NCBI GenBank assembly: GCA_043819795.1
Contig: JBDREN010000023.1
Coordinates: 1-19,378, forward strand
Direction of reading: 5' to 3'
From: Elusimicrobiota bacterium
Lineage (GTDB): Bacteria > Elusimicrobiota > Elusimicrobia > UBA1565
DNA length: 19,378 nucleotides
A program made the translations under genes and the position numbers. The first letter of the stretch is position 1; every line of letters starts with the position of its first letter. Below, piece by piece: positions 8,662 to 16,980 of this stretch. The notes under the pieces are model-generated. The model saw only the letters and a program-made list of their open reading frames with translations, made no database searches and was not told the DNA's origin.

Positions 8662-8692
8662 ATATTAGCATAAATAGCATGCTTTTCATGCT
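8662..8692 (-). promoter_or_regulatory. Putative Rrf2 operator overlapping an extended -10 promoter
   Basis: Imperfect 26-bp palindrome AGCATAAATAGCA|TGCTTTTCATGCT (8667-8692); minus-strand TGcTAATAT at 8670-8662. Confidence 0.6.
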
Positions 8693-8759
8693 GTTATAGA
8701 TGAAACCCCGCTTCTCCGCGTATTTCATGAGCTGCTGCTAACGCGGGTGGGTTTCGTCC

Positions 8760-9512
8760 TCAGCCGGACGGCATCGGGGAAATCACCGGCTTTTCTCCGC
8801 GCATATCGGCGCAAAGGGACGCCCACCGTCGGAATACCTGGCGGCCGAGCGCGACAGCGCCGGGAAGGAACAGCTTCGAGTCATCCAGGATGCGCTGGCG
8901 GCTCGATCCGGCCATCTCCGCTTCGCGTCCGAATGATCGGAGCATCCCGCGAACGTCTCCGAGGCCGACCTCCAGGTGGAGAAGCAGACCGTACGCGCGG
9001 TCCCCGTGGCGGAAAGCCTGCACGCGGGTCTGATCGGAGGATGCCAAGACCTCCGAGCCAGGAGGGGGATTGAAGACATCGGTATGCCAGTGAAGAGCTT
9101 CGAAAGCCTGCGGAAGGCCTCGAAACAGGCGGTCCCGGGAGGCCGCAGGAGAGAGCCTGACCTTGTGCCAGCCGATCTCCCGGACGCGTCCCGGGCGCAC
9201 CTTGGAACCCAGGACCGAAGCGAGGACTTGGCTTCCCAGACAGACCCCCATCACAGGCAGCCCGCGCCGGAGAGCGTCCTCCATGAGGCGCATCTCCGAG
9301 CGCAGCCAGGGATATCGGCCGCCATCGCCGACCCCCATGGGCCCGCCCATGACAATCAGGCCGACGGCTCCGCCGGCGGACTCGGGGACGGGGCGGTCAT
9401 CGAATACCTGGATTCGGCGGATCACCAGACCCTTCGCCCGAAGGGCGGCCGCGATGATCCCCAACCCCTCGCAGCGGACATGCTGGATCGCCAGAACGGT
9501 TGGATGCGGCAT
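8760..9512 (-). CDS. Type 1 glutamine amidotransferase-like protein
   Basis: IQHVRCEGLG, GLIVMGGPMG, GVCLGSQ nucleophile elbow, EIGW, HWH.D.F, HLE. Confidence 0.85.
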   Translation of the reverse strand: MPHPTVLAIQHVRCEGLGIIAAALRAKGLVIRRIQVFDDRPVPESAGGAVGLIVMGGPMGVGDGGRYPWLRSEMRLMEDALRRGLPVMGVCLGSQVLASVLGSKVRPGRVREIGWHKVRLSPAASRDRLFRGLPQAFEALHWHTDVFNPPPGSEVLASSDQTRVQAFRHGDRAYGLLLHLEVGLGDVRGMLRSFGREAEMAGSSRQRILDDSKLFLPGAVALGRQVFRRWASLCADMRGEKPVISPMPSG

Positions 9513-9546
9513 CCGTGCGGGACGGCGGATCGCCCCTCGAGCCCGT

Positions 9547-10110
9547 TCAGCCTTCGGGCTCCTTCGCGCCCTTCGCCCTGCGCTCCGCCAGCTCCCGGGC
9601 TAGGGCGAGGTATTTCTCTTGAGCTCCTCCGAAGGCTGCGTTCACTTTGCGGAAGCGGGCGGCGATATCCCGGCTTGTCTCCTCCCCGAGCGTCTGCTCC
9701 GCCATTGGATAGAGTATGTTGTCCTCTTTGTAGATGTGATCCAAGAGCAGTCTCGAGTAGCGCCGGGCGTTCTCGACGACCTTCAGCTTGTCTCCGGAAA
9801 CCGTCCCCTCATCCATGCCTTTGACGTATTTGCGCCCCAGGTCGTGTTCGTGGAGCATCTGCTGCCGGGGGTCGCAGTGCATCCGGACGCCGGGCTTGCC
9901 GAGCTCCTCGAAGAGGATGTCCTCCTCTTTGGCGTGGTGGAACCTGTCCGCGTAGTGCCTGATGAAGTCGACGGCCTTCTTGAAGAAGTCCCGGTCCAGC
10001 TCCGCGCCCTGCTCCAGGGCCTCGCACTCCCGTACGAGCGCGTCGACCATCGTGAGGATATGCTTGTGCTCTTCCGACAACTCTTTCGTGATAGGATCCA
10101 TGAGGTCCAC
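9547..10110 (-). CDS. Hemerythrin (HHE) domain protein
   Basis: L.EEH..I, YADRFHHAKEEDILF, MLHEHD.GR, HIYKEDNILYPMA. Confidence 0.9.
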   Translation of the reverse strand: MDLMDPITKELSEEHKHILTMVDALVRECEALEQGAELDRDFFKKAVDFIRHYADRFHHAKEEDILFEELGKPGVRMHCDPRQQMLHEHDLGRKYVKGMDEGTVSGDKLKVVENARRYSRLLLDHIYKEDNILYPMAEQTLGEETSRDIAARFRKVNAAFGGAQEKYLALARELAERRAKGAKEPEG

Positions 10111-10175
10111 CTCCGTCTCTGCGCCGGACGCGGGACCCTGCCGACTCCGGGGTTCCGGTCCGTCGCGAGAGATGC

Positions 10176-10397
10176 TCAGACCGAGACCACCTCCGTCACT
10201 TGCGGCACCGCGGCTTTCAGGTGCCTTTCCACGCCTTGCTTGAGGGTGGCCTGGGCCATCGGGCAGCCGCCGCAGGCGCCCGTCAGCCTGACCCGCACGA
10301 CTCCGGCGTCGCTCACGTCCACGAGCTCGATATCCCCGCCGTCCGCCTGAAGCATGGGCCGGATCTTCCCCAATGCCTGTTCCACGTCCTCTCGCAT
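10176..10397 (-). CDS. NifU/Nfu-family Fe-S carrier
   Basis: IRPMLQADGGDIELV...LTGACGGCPMA..TLK.GVE; strong RBS before ATG 10397. Confidence 0.9.
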   Translation of the reverse strand: MREDVEQALGKIRPMLQADGGDIELVDVSDAGVVRVRLTGACGGCPMAQATLKQGVERHLKAAVPQVTEVVSV

Positions 10398-10446
10398 GAT
10401 TCCTCCCTCCTCATCCTCCATAGCGGCGTTATGGCCCGCCGCGCCC

Positions 10447-10986
10447 TTACTCCCTCCTCACGAAGCAGGTTTTCACCAGGCCGGGAGATTCCACCTTTGT
10501 CCAAGCGGCGAATCCCTTCTTGCCGGCCTGCTCGATGAGCGGCTCCGGGGGAAAGGGGGTAGTGAGCTCTAAAATATCGCCGGCTTCCAGCCCATCCAGC
10601 CGCGCGAGCACCTGCTGCACCGGGGCCTGGCCAGCCTCGATGACAGGGCGCGCGTCGAAGGTCTCCTTGATCCGCTCGGGCGAGAACCACGGCGGCGGGG
10701 TCGCGTCCTTTCTCCCCACAGCGCAGTCGATAGTGGCGGGCGCGAGCCCGGCGGCTTCCCGGAGGCAGCTGATTAGCTTCGGCAGAGGGACGTCGCCCAC
10801 CCTCGCCACCTGGCGCAGGGTCGCCGCTTTCGCGACCGTGCGCCGCAGCACGGGGTTGCGCAGCTTCCCGAAGGCCGGGGAGAGCCGCATCAGCGCCTCC
10901 TCCAGCTCCGGGAAATCCGCTAGAAGCTCCGCCACTTTGGTGTCTGGTGTGATGGTCTTCCCCGATTCCGCATCCCGGGCCATCAT
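10447..10986 (-). CDS. DUF1858 domain protein with C-terminal DUF2249/SirA-like domain
   Basis: ITPDTKVAELL..FPEL...L....PAF.KLRNP.LRRTVAK.ATL; C-terminal FDAR..I..G..P...PFPPEPLI. ATGA overlap with the upstream gene. Confidence 0.75.
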   Translation of the reverse strand: MMARDAESGKTITPDTKVAELLADFPELEEALMRLSPAFGKLRNPVLRRTVAKAATLRQVARVGDVPLPKLISCLREAAGLAPATIDCAVGRKDATPPPWFSPERIKETFDARPVIEAGQAPVQQVLARLDGLEAGDILELTTPFPPEPLIEQAGKKGFAAWTKVESPGLVKTCFVRRE

Positions 10987-12224
10987 CCCCTCTTCTTTCC
11001 GTAGGCCAGAAGCCGCTGCTCCCCTTCCAGCTTGCGCAGCTCCGTGAGATTCTGGCTGACCTCGAGGGTGCCGAGATAGGCCCCCTTCCCGTCGCGCACC
11101 GCGAAGTACTCGATGTGCACGAACCTGCCCTTGAGCTCGATCCAGAAAGGAGCCCGGTCCTCCTTGCCGGACTTGAAATCCGCGATGATGCGCTCGACCA
11201 CGTCCACCGACGCCGGAGGATGGCAGTGCTGGACCTTTCGCCCCAGGATCGCCTTGGTGCGCGAGAATATCCTGTCCTTGCCGTGGCTGAAGAAACCCAC
11301 GCGGTCGTCCTTGTCCACGAAGGTCAGGTCGAACGGCAGGGCCTCCAGGACGTTGGTGAGCTCCTCGACGGACATCCGGCCGGTGGGGAACCGTATCCCT
11401 TCCCTCCCGTCCTTCTTGTCTTCGGCCTCTCCTGCCTCTTCGGGCCGCCATTCCACCTCGGGCACGTAGATGCAGTGGCCGAACTCGGGGCTCTGGCGCT
11501 GTATCTCATACCACTCGACGGTGGTCAGGGCGTCGAGGCTCATGGGAAGCAGGATATTCTCCTCTTTGAAGATCATCTCCTCGACGGCGGCCACGGCCGG
11601 CTCCAGGGCCAGCCCCGCCACGGACTTCAGGCCCCCGGCGTCTCCGGCCTTGGCTTCGCGCAGGGCCTCCAGAGCCGCCTTCAAAAGCCCGCGCGCCTCA
11701 TCGTCCTTTCCCCACATGACCGTGGAAGGTCCCGTGATCCCGCGCTTTTCGAGGAAGGGGAAGAGAAGGTTCTCCTTGCGCCGGTAATGCTTGTCCACGT
11801 CCATCAGCGCGTTGAAGCGCCCCAGCATCCGGTCGGCGAGCCCCGCGATCGGAGCGTCGTCCGCGGCCTTGGACGCCTCGACGAAGAGCTCCTTGAGGGC
11901 GGCTATCTCTTTCTCCAGGGCGCGGTTCTCCTGCCTGAACGTATGAACGGGGTGTCCCTCGGGCACGTCTTTAGGCCCGCCCGCGTCTATCAGGCCTTTG
12001 AGTGCGGCGCTGTGGATGTCGCAGAGCTCCTGGATCTCGGCCGCGGGCATGCCCTCGGATATCAGCTCCTGCTCCACCTCCACGATCAGCGAATGGGGCA
12101 CCTGCCCCATCAGCCTGGCGATCTGCTTCTTGACCGCCTCCGGCGCCTCCCCCTTGTGCAGCTGGAGTATCAGGTGCTTGAGTGTTTCCTTGCGCATCCG
12201 GCTGTTGTCTATGATCTCGCTCAT
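10983..12224 (-). CDS. DUF438 / hemerythrin / PAS domain protein
   Basis: IVEVEQELI..G....EIQELCDIH, GHPVHTF..EN, HY.RKENLLFP.LE..G..GP..VMWGKDDE, LPFDLTFVD.DD.V..F, CHPP.S. Confidence 0.85.
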   Translation of the reverse strand: MSEIIDNSRMRKETLKHLILQLHKGEAPEAVKKQIARLMGQVPHSLIVEVEQELISEGMPAAEIQELCDIHSAALKGLIDAGGPKDVPEGHPVHTFRQENRALEKEIAALKELFVEASKAADDAPIAGLADRMLGRFNALMDVDKHYRRKENLLFPFLEKRGITGPSTVMWGKDDEARGLLKAALEALREAKAGDAGGLKSVAGLALEPAVAAVEEMIFKEENILLPMSLDALTTVEWYEIQRQSPEFGHCIYVPEVEWRPEEAGEAEDKKDGREGIRFPTGRMSVEELTNVLEALPFDLTFVDKDDRVGFFSHGKDRIFSRTKAILGRKVQHCHPPASVDVVERIIADFKSGKEDRAPFWIELKGRFVHIEYFAVRDGKGAYLGTLEVSQNLTELRKLEGEQRLLAYGKKRG

Positions 12225-12234
12225 CGCGCCTCCC

Positions 12235-14511
12235 TCACAGCTTGATCCCAATCCTGTCCCAGACCGACTCGCCTTCCCGGATCGCGTCGGCCTTGAGCTT
12301 GGGATAGGTCAGGAACAGGAAGTACGCCAGCGGCATCACGCCCAGCACGATGATCACCGTGTCCGGCGCCATGCGGATGTTGCCCAGCAGGGACACGAAC
12401 CCCCGCTCGAAGAACGCCGCGTCCCGCGCCGCCCACAGGCCGTCGCGGTAGCTCGTCCAGGCCTGGGCGATGCCCACCGGGAACAGCGTCACCAGGGCCA
12501 TGAGCATGAGCCCCCCGTTCATGCCCCAGAACGCCAGCTTGAGCGGCCGATCGTCCCATGCCTCCTTGGCGACCAAGCCCCTCCAGGAGAACAGCAAGAG
12601 CCCGATCGAGAGCATGCCGTAGACCCCGAAGAGCGCGGTGTGGCCGTGGTTCAGGGTCAGGTACGTGGCGTGCTCGTAGTAGTTGACGATGGGCAGGTTG
12701 ATCAGGAACCCGAACACGCCGGCCCCCAGGAAGTTCCAGAACGAGGACGCGACCAGGAAGTACATGGGCCACTTGTAGGGGAAGTCCCGGCCCTGCTCCC
12801 GGACGTGCCTGTACTCCATCATGCCGCGCACCACCAGGCCGAAGAGCGGCACGGGCTCCAAGGATGAGAACACCGCTCCCAGAGCGAGCCACAAGGAGGG
12901 CCCGCCGTACCAGAAGTAGTGGTGGGCCGTGCCCAGGATGCCCGATAGGAACACGATCGCCGCAGTGAAGTAGGCCACCATCAGGGCCGACCGCGCGGAG
13001 GCCAGCCCCATGCTGACCAGGAGCAGGGAGATGATCCCCACCCCGAAGAACTCGAAGATGCTCTCCACCCAGATGTGGACGACGAACCAGCGCCAATAGT
13101 CGGCCATGCTCAGGTGCGTGCCCTTGCCGTAGAATAGCCCGAACCCGAAGAAGGCCACGACCAGGATGGCGCTGAGAACGTAGAAGCCCACCAGCGCGCT
13201 GTAGTCGTCGCTCTCCTTCTTGAAGAGATGGTGGCCCACCGCCCGGTAGACGATGACCAGCCAGGCGATGAGCCCCACGAAGAGGAGGATCTGCCAGAGC
13301 CGGCCCAGCTCCAGGTACTCCCAGCCCTGGTGGCCCAGCCAGAACCACCAATCGCCCAGGTATCCCTTGATGCCCGCCACCTCGCCCGCCAGGCTGCCGA
13401 CGGCAACGAGCAGGATCGCCCCGAAGAGGACCTGCACCAGGAGCCCCTGGCCCTTGGGCTCCTTGCCCCCTACGATCGGCGCCAGGTAGATGGCCGAGGC
13501 CACCCAGGTCGTCGTGATCCAGAATATCGCCAGCTGCAGATGCCAGGACTTGGCCCAGCTGAAGGGGATGAGCTTGGCGACCAGCGGCACGTAGAACTGG
13601 CCGGGGTGCACCGTGTAATGCGCCAGGAGCCCGCCGAAGCAGGTCTGCAGCAATAGAAGCGCCACCACGACCAGGAAATACTTGGCCGCGCGGAGCTGGC
13701 TGGGCGTCAGCGGCATCTCGATGAGTTTGGCCGCGAGCGGCGAAGCCACGGCCTCGCCGTACCAGATCTTGTAGTGGTGCACCATGAAGACGAACAGGCC
13801 GAGGACCAGGAAAAGGGCGAGCACCCCGCCGAGGGTCCACAGGTAGACCTCGGGGCTCGGGACGTTGCCGACAGAGCGGTCCGGCGGCCAGTTGTTGGTG
13901 TAGGAATGCTCGGCGTCCGGGCGCGAGGTGGAGGCCGCCCAGGCGGTCCAGAAGAAGAAGCGGCCGATCTGGAGCCGCTCCTTCTCGGTCGGCACCGTGC
14001 CCGGAAGGAAGCCGTAGCGCTTGTCGCCTTCGAGGAATATCCGGTCCCAGTGGGCGAGGACGTCCTGCAGGCCGACGGCCTGGTCCGGGGCCAACGCGAG
14101 GGTGTCCCGGTCCGCGTCGTAGCGGTTCTTGCGGAGCGTCTGCCTGGTCCGAAGGTCGACGATCTCCTTCTCTGAATCCTCCAGCTGCCCGTAGGGCTGC
14201 CGGTAAAGCCGGTTGGCGATGCGCTCGCGCACCGTCTCACCTACCATGTGCAAGGTCGCGGCCGAGAACTCGGGACCGCGCTGGGAGCCGTGGCCCCAAA
14301 CGCTGCCGTGGTCCATTAAGCCGTAGCGCTGGTAGACCTGCTGACCGGCGAGGATGTCCCCGCCGGTGAACAGGACGCGGCCCTCCGCGCCGATCACTTG
14401 GCCGGGGTAGGGGGGGACCCGCCCGGCCATGTAGGCCCCGCCTCCCAGCAGTCCGGCCATGGCGATCACGAAGCACGCGATCGCCGCCCACTTCATCTTG
14501 TTGATGGACAT
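12235..14511 (-). CDS. norB: Quinol-dependent nitric oxide reductase (qNor)
   Basis: 758-aa membrane protein. GSVWGHGS, SYTNNWP, WHLQ, GHQGWEYLELGR.WQ, YWRWFVVHIWVE..FE, GTAHH, NHGHTALFGVYG. Confidence 0.93.
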   Translation of the reverse strand: MSINKMKWAAIACFVIAMAGLLGGGAYMAGRVPPYPGQVIGAEGRVLFTGGDILAGQQVYQRYGLMDHGSVWGHGSQRGPEFSAATLHMVGETVRERIANRLYRQPYGQLEDSEKEIVDLRTRQTLRKNRYDADRDTLALAPDQAVGLQDVLAHWDRIFLEGDKRYGFLPGTVPTEKERLQIGRFFFWTAWAASTSRPDAEHSYTNNWPPDRSVGNVPSPEVYLWTLGGVLALFLVLGLFVFMVHHYKIWYGEAVASPLAAKLIEMPLTPSQLRAAKYFLVVVALLLLQTCFGGLLAHYTVHPGQFYVPLVAKLIPFSWAKSWHLQLAIFWITTTWVASAIYLAPIVGGKEPKGQGLLVQVLFGAILLVAVGSLAGEVAGIKGYLGDWWFWLGHQGWEYLELGRLWQILLFVGLIAWLVIVYRAVGHHLFKKESDDYSALVGFYVLSAILVVAFFGFGLFYGKGTHLSMADYWRWFVVHIWVESIFEFFGVGIISLLLVSMGLASARSALMVAYFTAAIVFLSGILGTAHHYFWYGGPSLWLALGAVFSSLEPVPLFGLVVRGMMEYRHVREQGRDFPYKWPMYFLVASSFWNFLGAGVFGFLINLPIVNYYEHATYLTLNHGHTALFGVYGMLSIGLLLFSWRGLVAKEAWDDRPLKLAFWGMNGGLMLMALVTLFPVGIAQAWTSYRDGLWAARDAAFFERGFVSLLGNIRMAPDTVIIVLGVMPLAYFLFLTYPKLKADAIREGESVWDRIGIKL

Positions 14512-14536
14512 GTGTCGCTCTCCCTATGCGGATTCC

Positions 14537-14878
14537 TCAGGAACGGATCATCACCAGCATCATCTTGAAGGCCTTGAGCGCCTTGAGCGCGTGGGGCTCG
14601 CCCGCCGGCATGATGATCATCTCGCCCTTCCGGAGGACGAACGGCTCGCCCGAGATGCGGATCTCCGCCTCCCCTTCGATGATGTAGACGAGGGCGTCGA
14701 ACGGCGCGGTATGCTCGCTGAGGCCCTCCCCTTCGGCGAACGCGAACACCGTCACGTTCCCCTTCTCCTTCTTGAGTATCTGCCGGCTCGTGACCGCGCC
14801 GTCCTGCTCCCGCACGAGCTCCGCCAGGACCAGCCGATTCTTGGTCAGCGCCGTCTTGTCCCCGCCTTTGTCTGTCAT
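14537..14878 (-). CDS. Cupin domain protein
   Basis: VTVFAFAEGEGLSEHTAPFDA...GE.IIMPA..PHALKA...FKM.L; GGGGGA RBS before ATG 14878. Confidence 0.85.
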   Translation of the reverse strand: MTDKGGDKTALTKNRLVLAELVREQDGAVTSRQILKKEKGNVTVFAFAEGEGLSEHTAPFDALVYIIEGEAEIRISGEPFVLRKGEMIIMPAGEPHALKALKAFKMMLVMIRS

Positions 14879-14911
14879 GCTTCCCCCTAGCCGAAATCCG
14901 GATATGGCCAT

Positions 14912-15187
14912 CTATAGGCTACGAAAATCAAGGCCGCGAACACCAAAGCGTGCGCGGCTTCCAGGCGGCCGATCCGCCGGATCGGGACCGCCGTCGCCTC
15001 CCTGCCGCAACTCCCGCAGCGCGAGCCCGGCCGTGTGCTGCGCGGGAAGGGCGCTCACCGCCGCCAGAAGAAGGAGCAGGCTCGCCGGATGGAAGGACTT
15101 TGATGCCGCGGTTCCGATCAGATAACCCGCGATCAACACGATCCAGGCCCCGTGCTTGGGCGGTATGGTATCGATGAAACGGGCCAC
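14912..15187 (-). pseudogene. Short or truncated YwiC-like membrane protein
   Basis: GTG start with GGAGG RBS. IPPKHGAW followed by two hydrophobic segments resembles the YwiC N-terminus, but the ORF is only 91 aa. Confidence 0.5.
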
Positions 15188-15207
15188 GGGCGTTGCCTCC
15201 ACCACAC

Positions 15208-15257
15208 AGCATAGCCCGGTCCTGAAGGAAGGGCCTTGACCTAGGTCAAGGCCCTTC
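15208..15257 (-). promoter_or_regulatory. Crp/Fnr-family (HcpR/DNR-like) box with class II promoter for the nor operon
   Basis: TTGAC-CTAG-GTCAA (15236-15249) inside a perfect 30-bp palindrome (15228-15257). Minus-strand -10 TATGCT at 15213-15208 places the box centre at about -41.5. Confidence 0.75.
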
Positions 15258-15269
15258 ATGTCCCAGGAC

Positions 15270-16688
15270 TCAAGAAAGCGGCGGACGAGCCGCGGGTATC
15301 TGCCTGTACCAGCCGCGGGTCGGGTGGAACGTCTCCGGTGAATCCGGGAACGCGGACTGGCGGCGCCGTGCGGACGGCAGGAGTCGAGCGTTGGGCAGGC
15401 GAAGAGTGAACTCGGCCCACTTTCCTGGCTCGGAGGCCGCTGTCAGGCTCCCCTTGTGCCGCTGGGCGATCAGCCAGGCTAGATAGAGCCCCAGACCGCT
15501 TCCCTTCCGGTCCTCCAGTCCCTTCTGATGCAGGCGCGAGAACCGGCGGAATAATCTGGCTGACTCCTCCTTGGCGAATCCTACCCCCTGATTGCGGACC
15601 TTCAGCGTCAGCCACCCTTGGTCCACGGACACCAGGACCCGGACGGTCTGTTTGTCCACGCCGTACTTGACCGCGTTGTCCAGCAGGTTGATGACCACCG
15701 TGGTCAGGGAGTCTGGATCGCCGTCGAGCACGGCACGCTGCACCGGACCCCCTACGCGCAGCCGGGTGCCGCGGACAGCAGCATGGCCGGCGACCATGTC
15801 CAGGGCCACGCGGAGGACGTCGACGATCTGAAGGTTCTTCACGGGTTCGAACAGGACCTCGCCGGATTCCAGGCGGGACAACTCCATGTAATCGTTCACC
15901 ATGCTCAACAGATATTCGGTGTTCCTGATGATGGCCCGGAGGGTTGCTCCGGCTTGCGGCTCCACCTTGCCGAGATAGCCGTCCATATAGGTCATGGCCT
16001 TGGCTGTGATGCTGGCCAGCGGGCTCTTGATCTCATGGGCGACGAACCCCAGAGTCTTAAGATAGTTCTTTCTGGCGTCCTCTAACTGCTTTATGATCCA
16101 AGTCTTTTCCACCGCCTGCGATATCCTGTCGAGCATATCCCTGAGGAGCAGGGCATGCTCCTCTCGGTATTCCGCCCGAAGCCTCGTGGAGAAGAACATG
16201 AATCCCATATGCCGGTCCCGGACTCGTAGCGGGAGCGTGATGCTCCCCCTCACCCCCTCACGCAGCATCAGCTTGGTCGACTCGGAGTCCTGATGCACCC
16301 GCAGGTAGCGGTTCAGATCGGGGATGATGCGGACCTTGCCGCATCTCAGGAGGGCCTGCAGGCTGGAGCCCGCGAGCGGAACGGAGTAGCCGGCCGCCAG
16401 ATGAAGGTCGGGATATTCGGTGCGGGCGTAACGTGCCGTCACCCTCGCTCCGTCACTATCGATGAAGGATAATCCTATCCTGTCACGGGGGACCAAACCG
16501 TTCGTAGCGTTCCATACGCAGTCCACAGCCTCTTCGATTGAGAGGGCGTCGTTGACATGCAGGGCGATGCGCTCGACCGCATGCCGGGCGTGGGCGGAGA
16601 GGGGGCGGCCGGACCGTGCCGGGTTCACGCAGATGACGCCATCCGCACCGTTGCAGTGTCGCCCTGATGTCACATATTGGCAGCCCAT
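15270..16688 (-). CDS. GAF-domain sensor histidine kinase (orphan)
   Basis: GAF-like region (R.GLSF, GSITLPL....MGFMFFS), H-box VAHEIKSPL, N-box NLLDNAVKY, G2 GSGLGL. G1 box reads NQGVG. Confidence 0.88.
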   Translation of the reverse strand: MGCQYVTSGRHCNGADGVICVNPARSGRPLSAHARHAVERIALHVNDALSIEEAVDCVWNATNGLVPRDRIGLSFIDSDGARVTARYARTEYPDLHLAAGYSVPLAGSSLQALLRCGKVRIIPDLNRYLRVHQDSESTKLMLREGVRGSITLPLRVRDRHMGFMFFSTRLRAEYREEHALLLRDMLDRISQAVEKTWIIKQLEDARKNYLKTLGFVAHEIKSPLASITAKAMTYMDGYLGKVEPQAGATLRAIIRNTEYLLSMVNDYMELSRLESGEVLFEPVKNLQIVDVLRVALDMVAGHAAVRGTRLRVGGPVQRAVLDGDPDSLTTVVINLLDNAVKYGVDKQTVRVLVSVDQGWLTLKVRNQGVGFAKEESARLFRRFSRLHQKGLEDRKGSGLGLYLAWLIAQRHKGSLTAASEPGKWAEFTLRLPNARLLPSARRRQSAFPDSPETFHPTRGWYRQIPAARPPLS

Positions 16689-16731
16689 TTCGGTCCCGCC
16701 CCCTTCGGGGAACAGCCACCCCACAACATCC

Positions 16732-16773
16732 AGTATGCCCCGCGTCGGCTGTCGGCGCCTTGACTTGGGTCAA
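16732..16773 (-). promoter_or_regulatory. Second Crp/Fnr-type box with class II promoter for the kinase gene
   Basis: TTGAC-TTGG-GTCAA (16760-16773); minus-strand -10 CATACT at 16737-16732, the same spacing as at the first box. Confidence 0.7.
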
Positions 16774-16781
16774 GCGCAAGA

Positions 16782-16810
16782 TGGGCGTGGGGGCGGGATT
16801 TGAGCCTACG
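16782..16810 (-). repeat. Degenerate third tRNA-fMet 3' fragment (old att scar)
   Basis: ATGGGCGTGGGGGCGGGATTTGAGCCTACG (16781-16810) versus ATGGGTGCGGGGGCAGGATTTGAACCTGCG (5900-5929): 25/30 identical, all differences transitions. Confidence 0.7.
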
Positions 16811-16916
16811 CGCCGACTCTGGGGATACTCCTGCGGGAATGACCGGAGCCCGGGAGGACACTCACCTGCGGTGAGGGCCATCCCGAGGGGTCGACATCTT
16901 TCCTCATGTCTGGGCC

Positions 16917-16961
16917 TTGACGCCGGCCAAAATCCCGGGTAATATCAAAATTGGATTTTGA
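16917..16961 (+). promoter_or_regulatory. sigma70 promoter and palindromic operator for the ATPase gene
   Basis: TTGACG (16917-16922), 17 bp, TAATAT (16940-16945); palindrome TCAAAAT-TGG-ATTTTGA (16945-16961). Confidence 0.6.
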
Positions 16962-16980
16962 ATCTGCATGGGGGAAAGCC

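Noticed and set aside
6571..8673. 700-aa + strand ORF and other long antisense or alternate-frame ORFs (534-1616, 11115-12245, 12221-13840)
   Set aside because: Shadow ORFs of well-supported genes in GC-rich DNA, with no recognisable motifs.
12235..14511. Possible NO dismutase (Nod)
   Set aside because: The adjacent His-His FeB ligands (GTAHH) and the conserved glutamates are retained, consistent with qNor.
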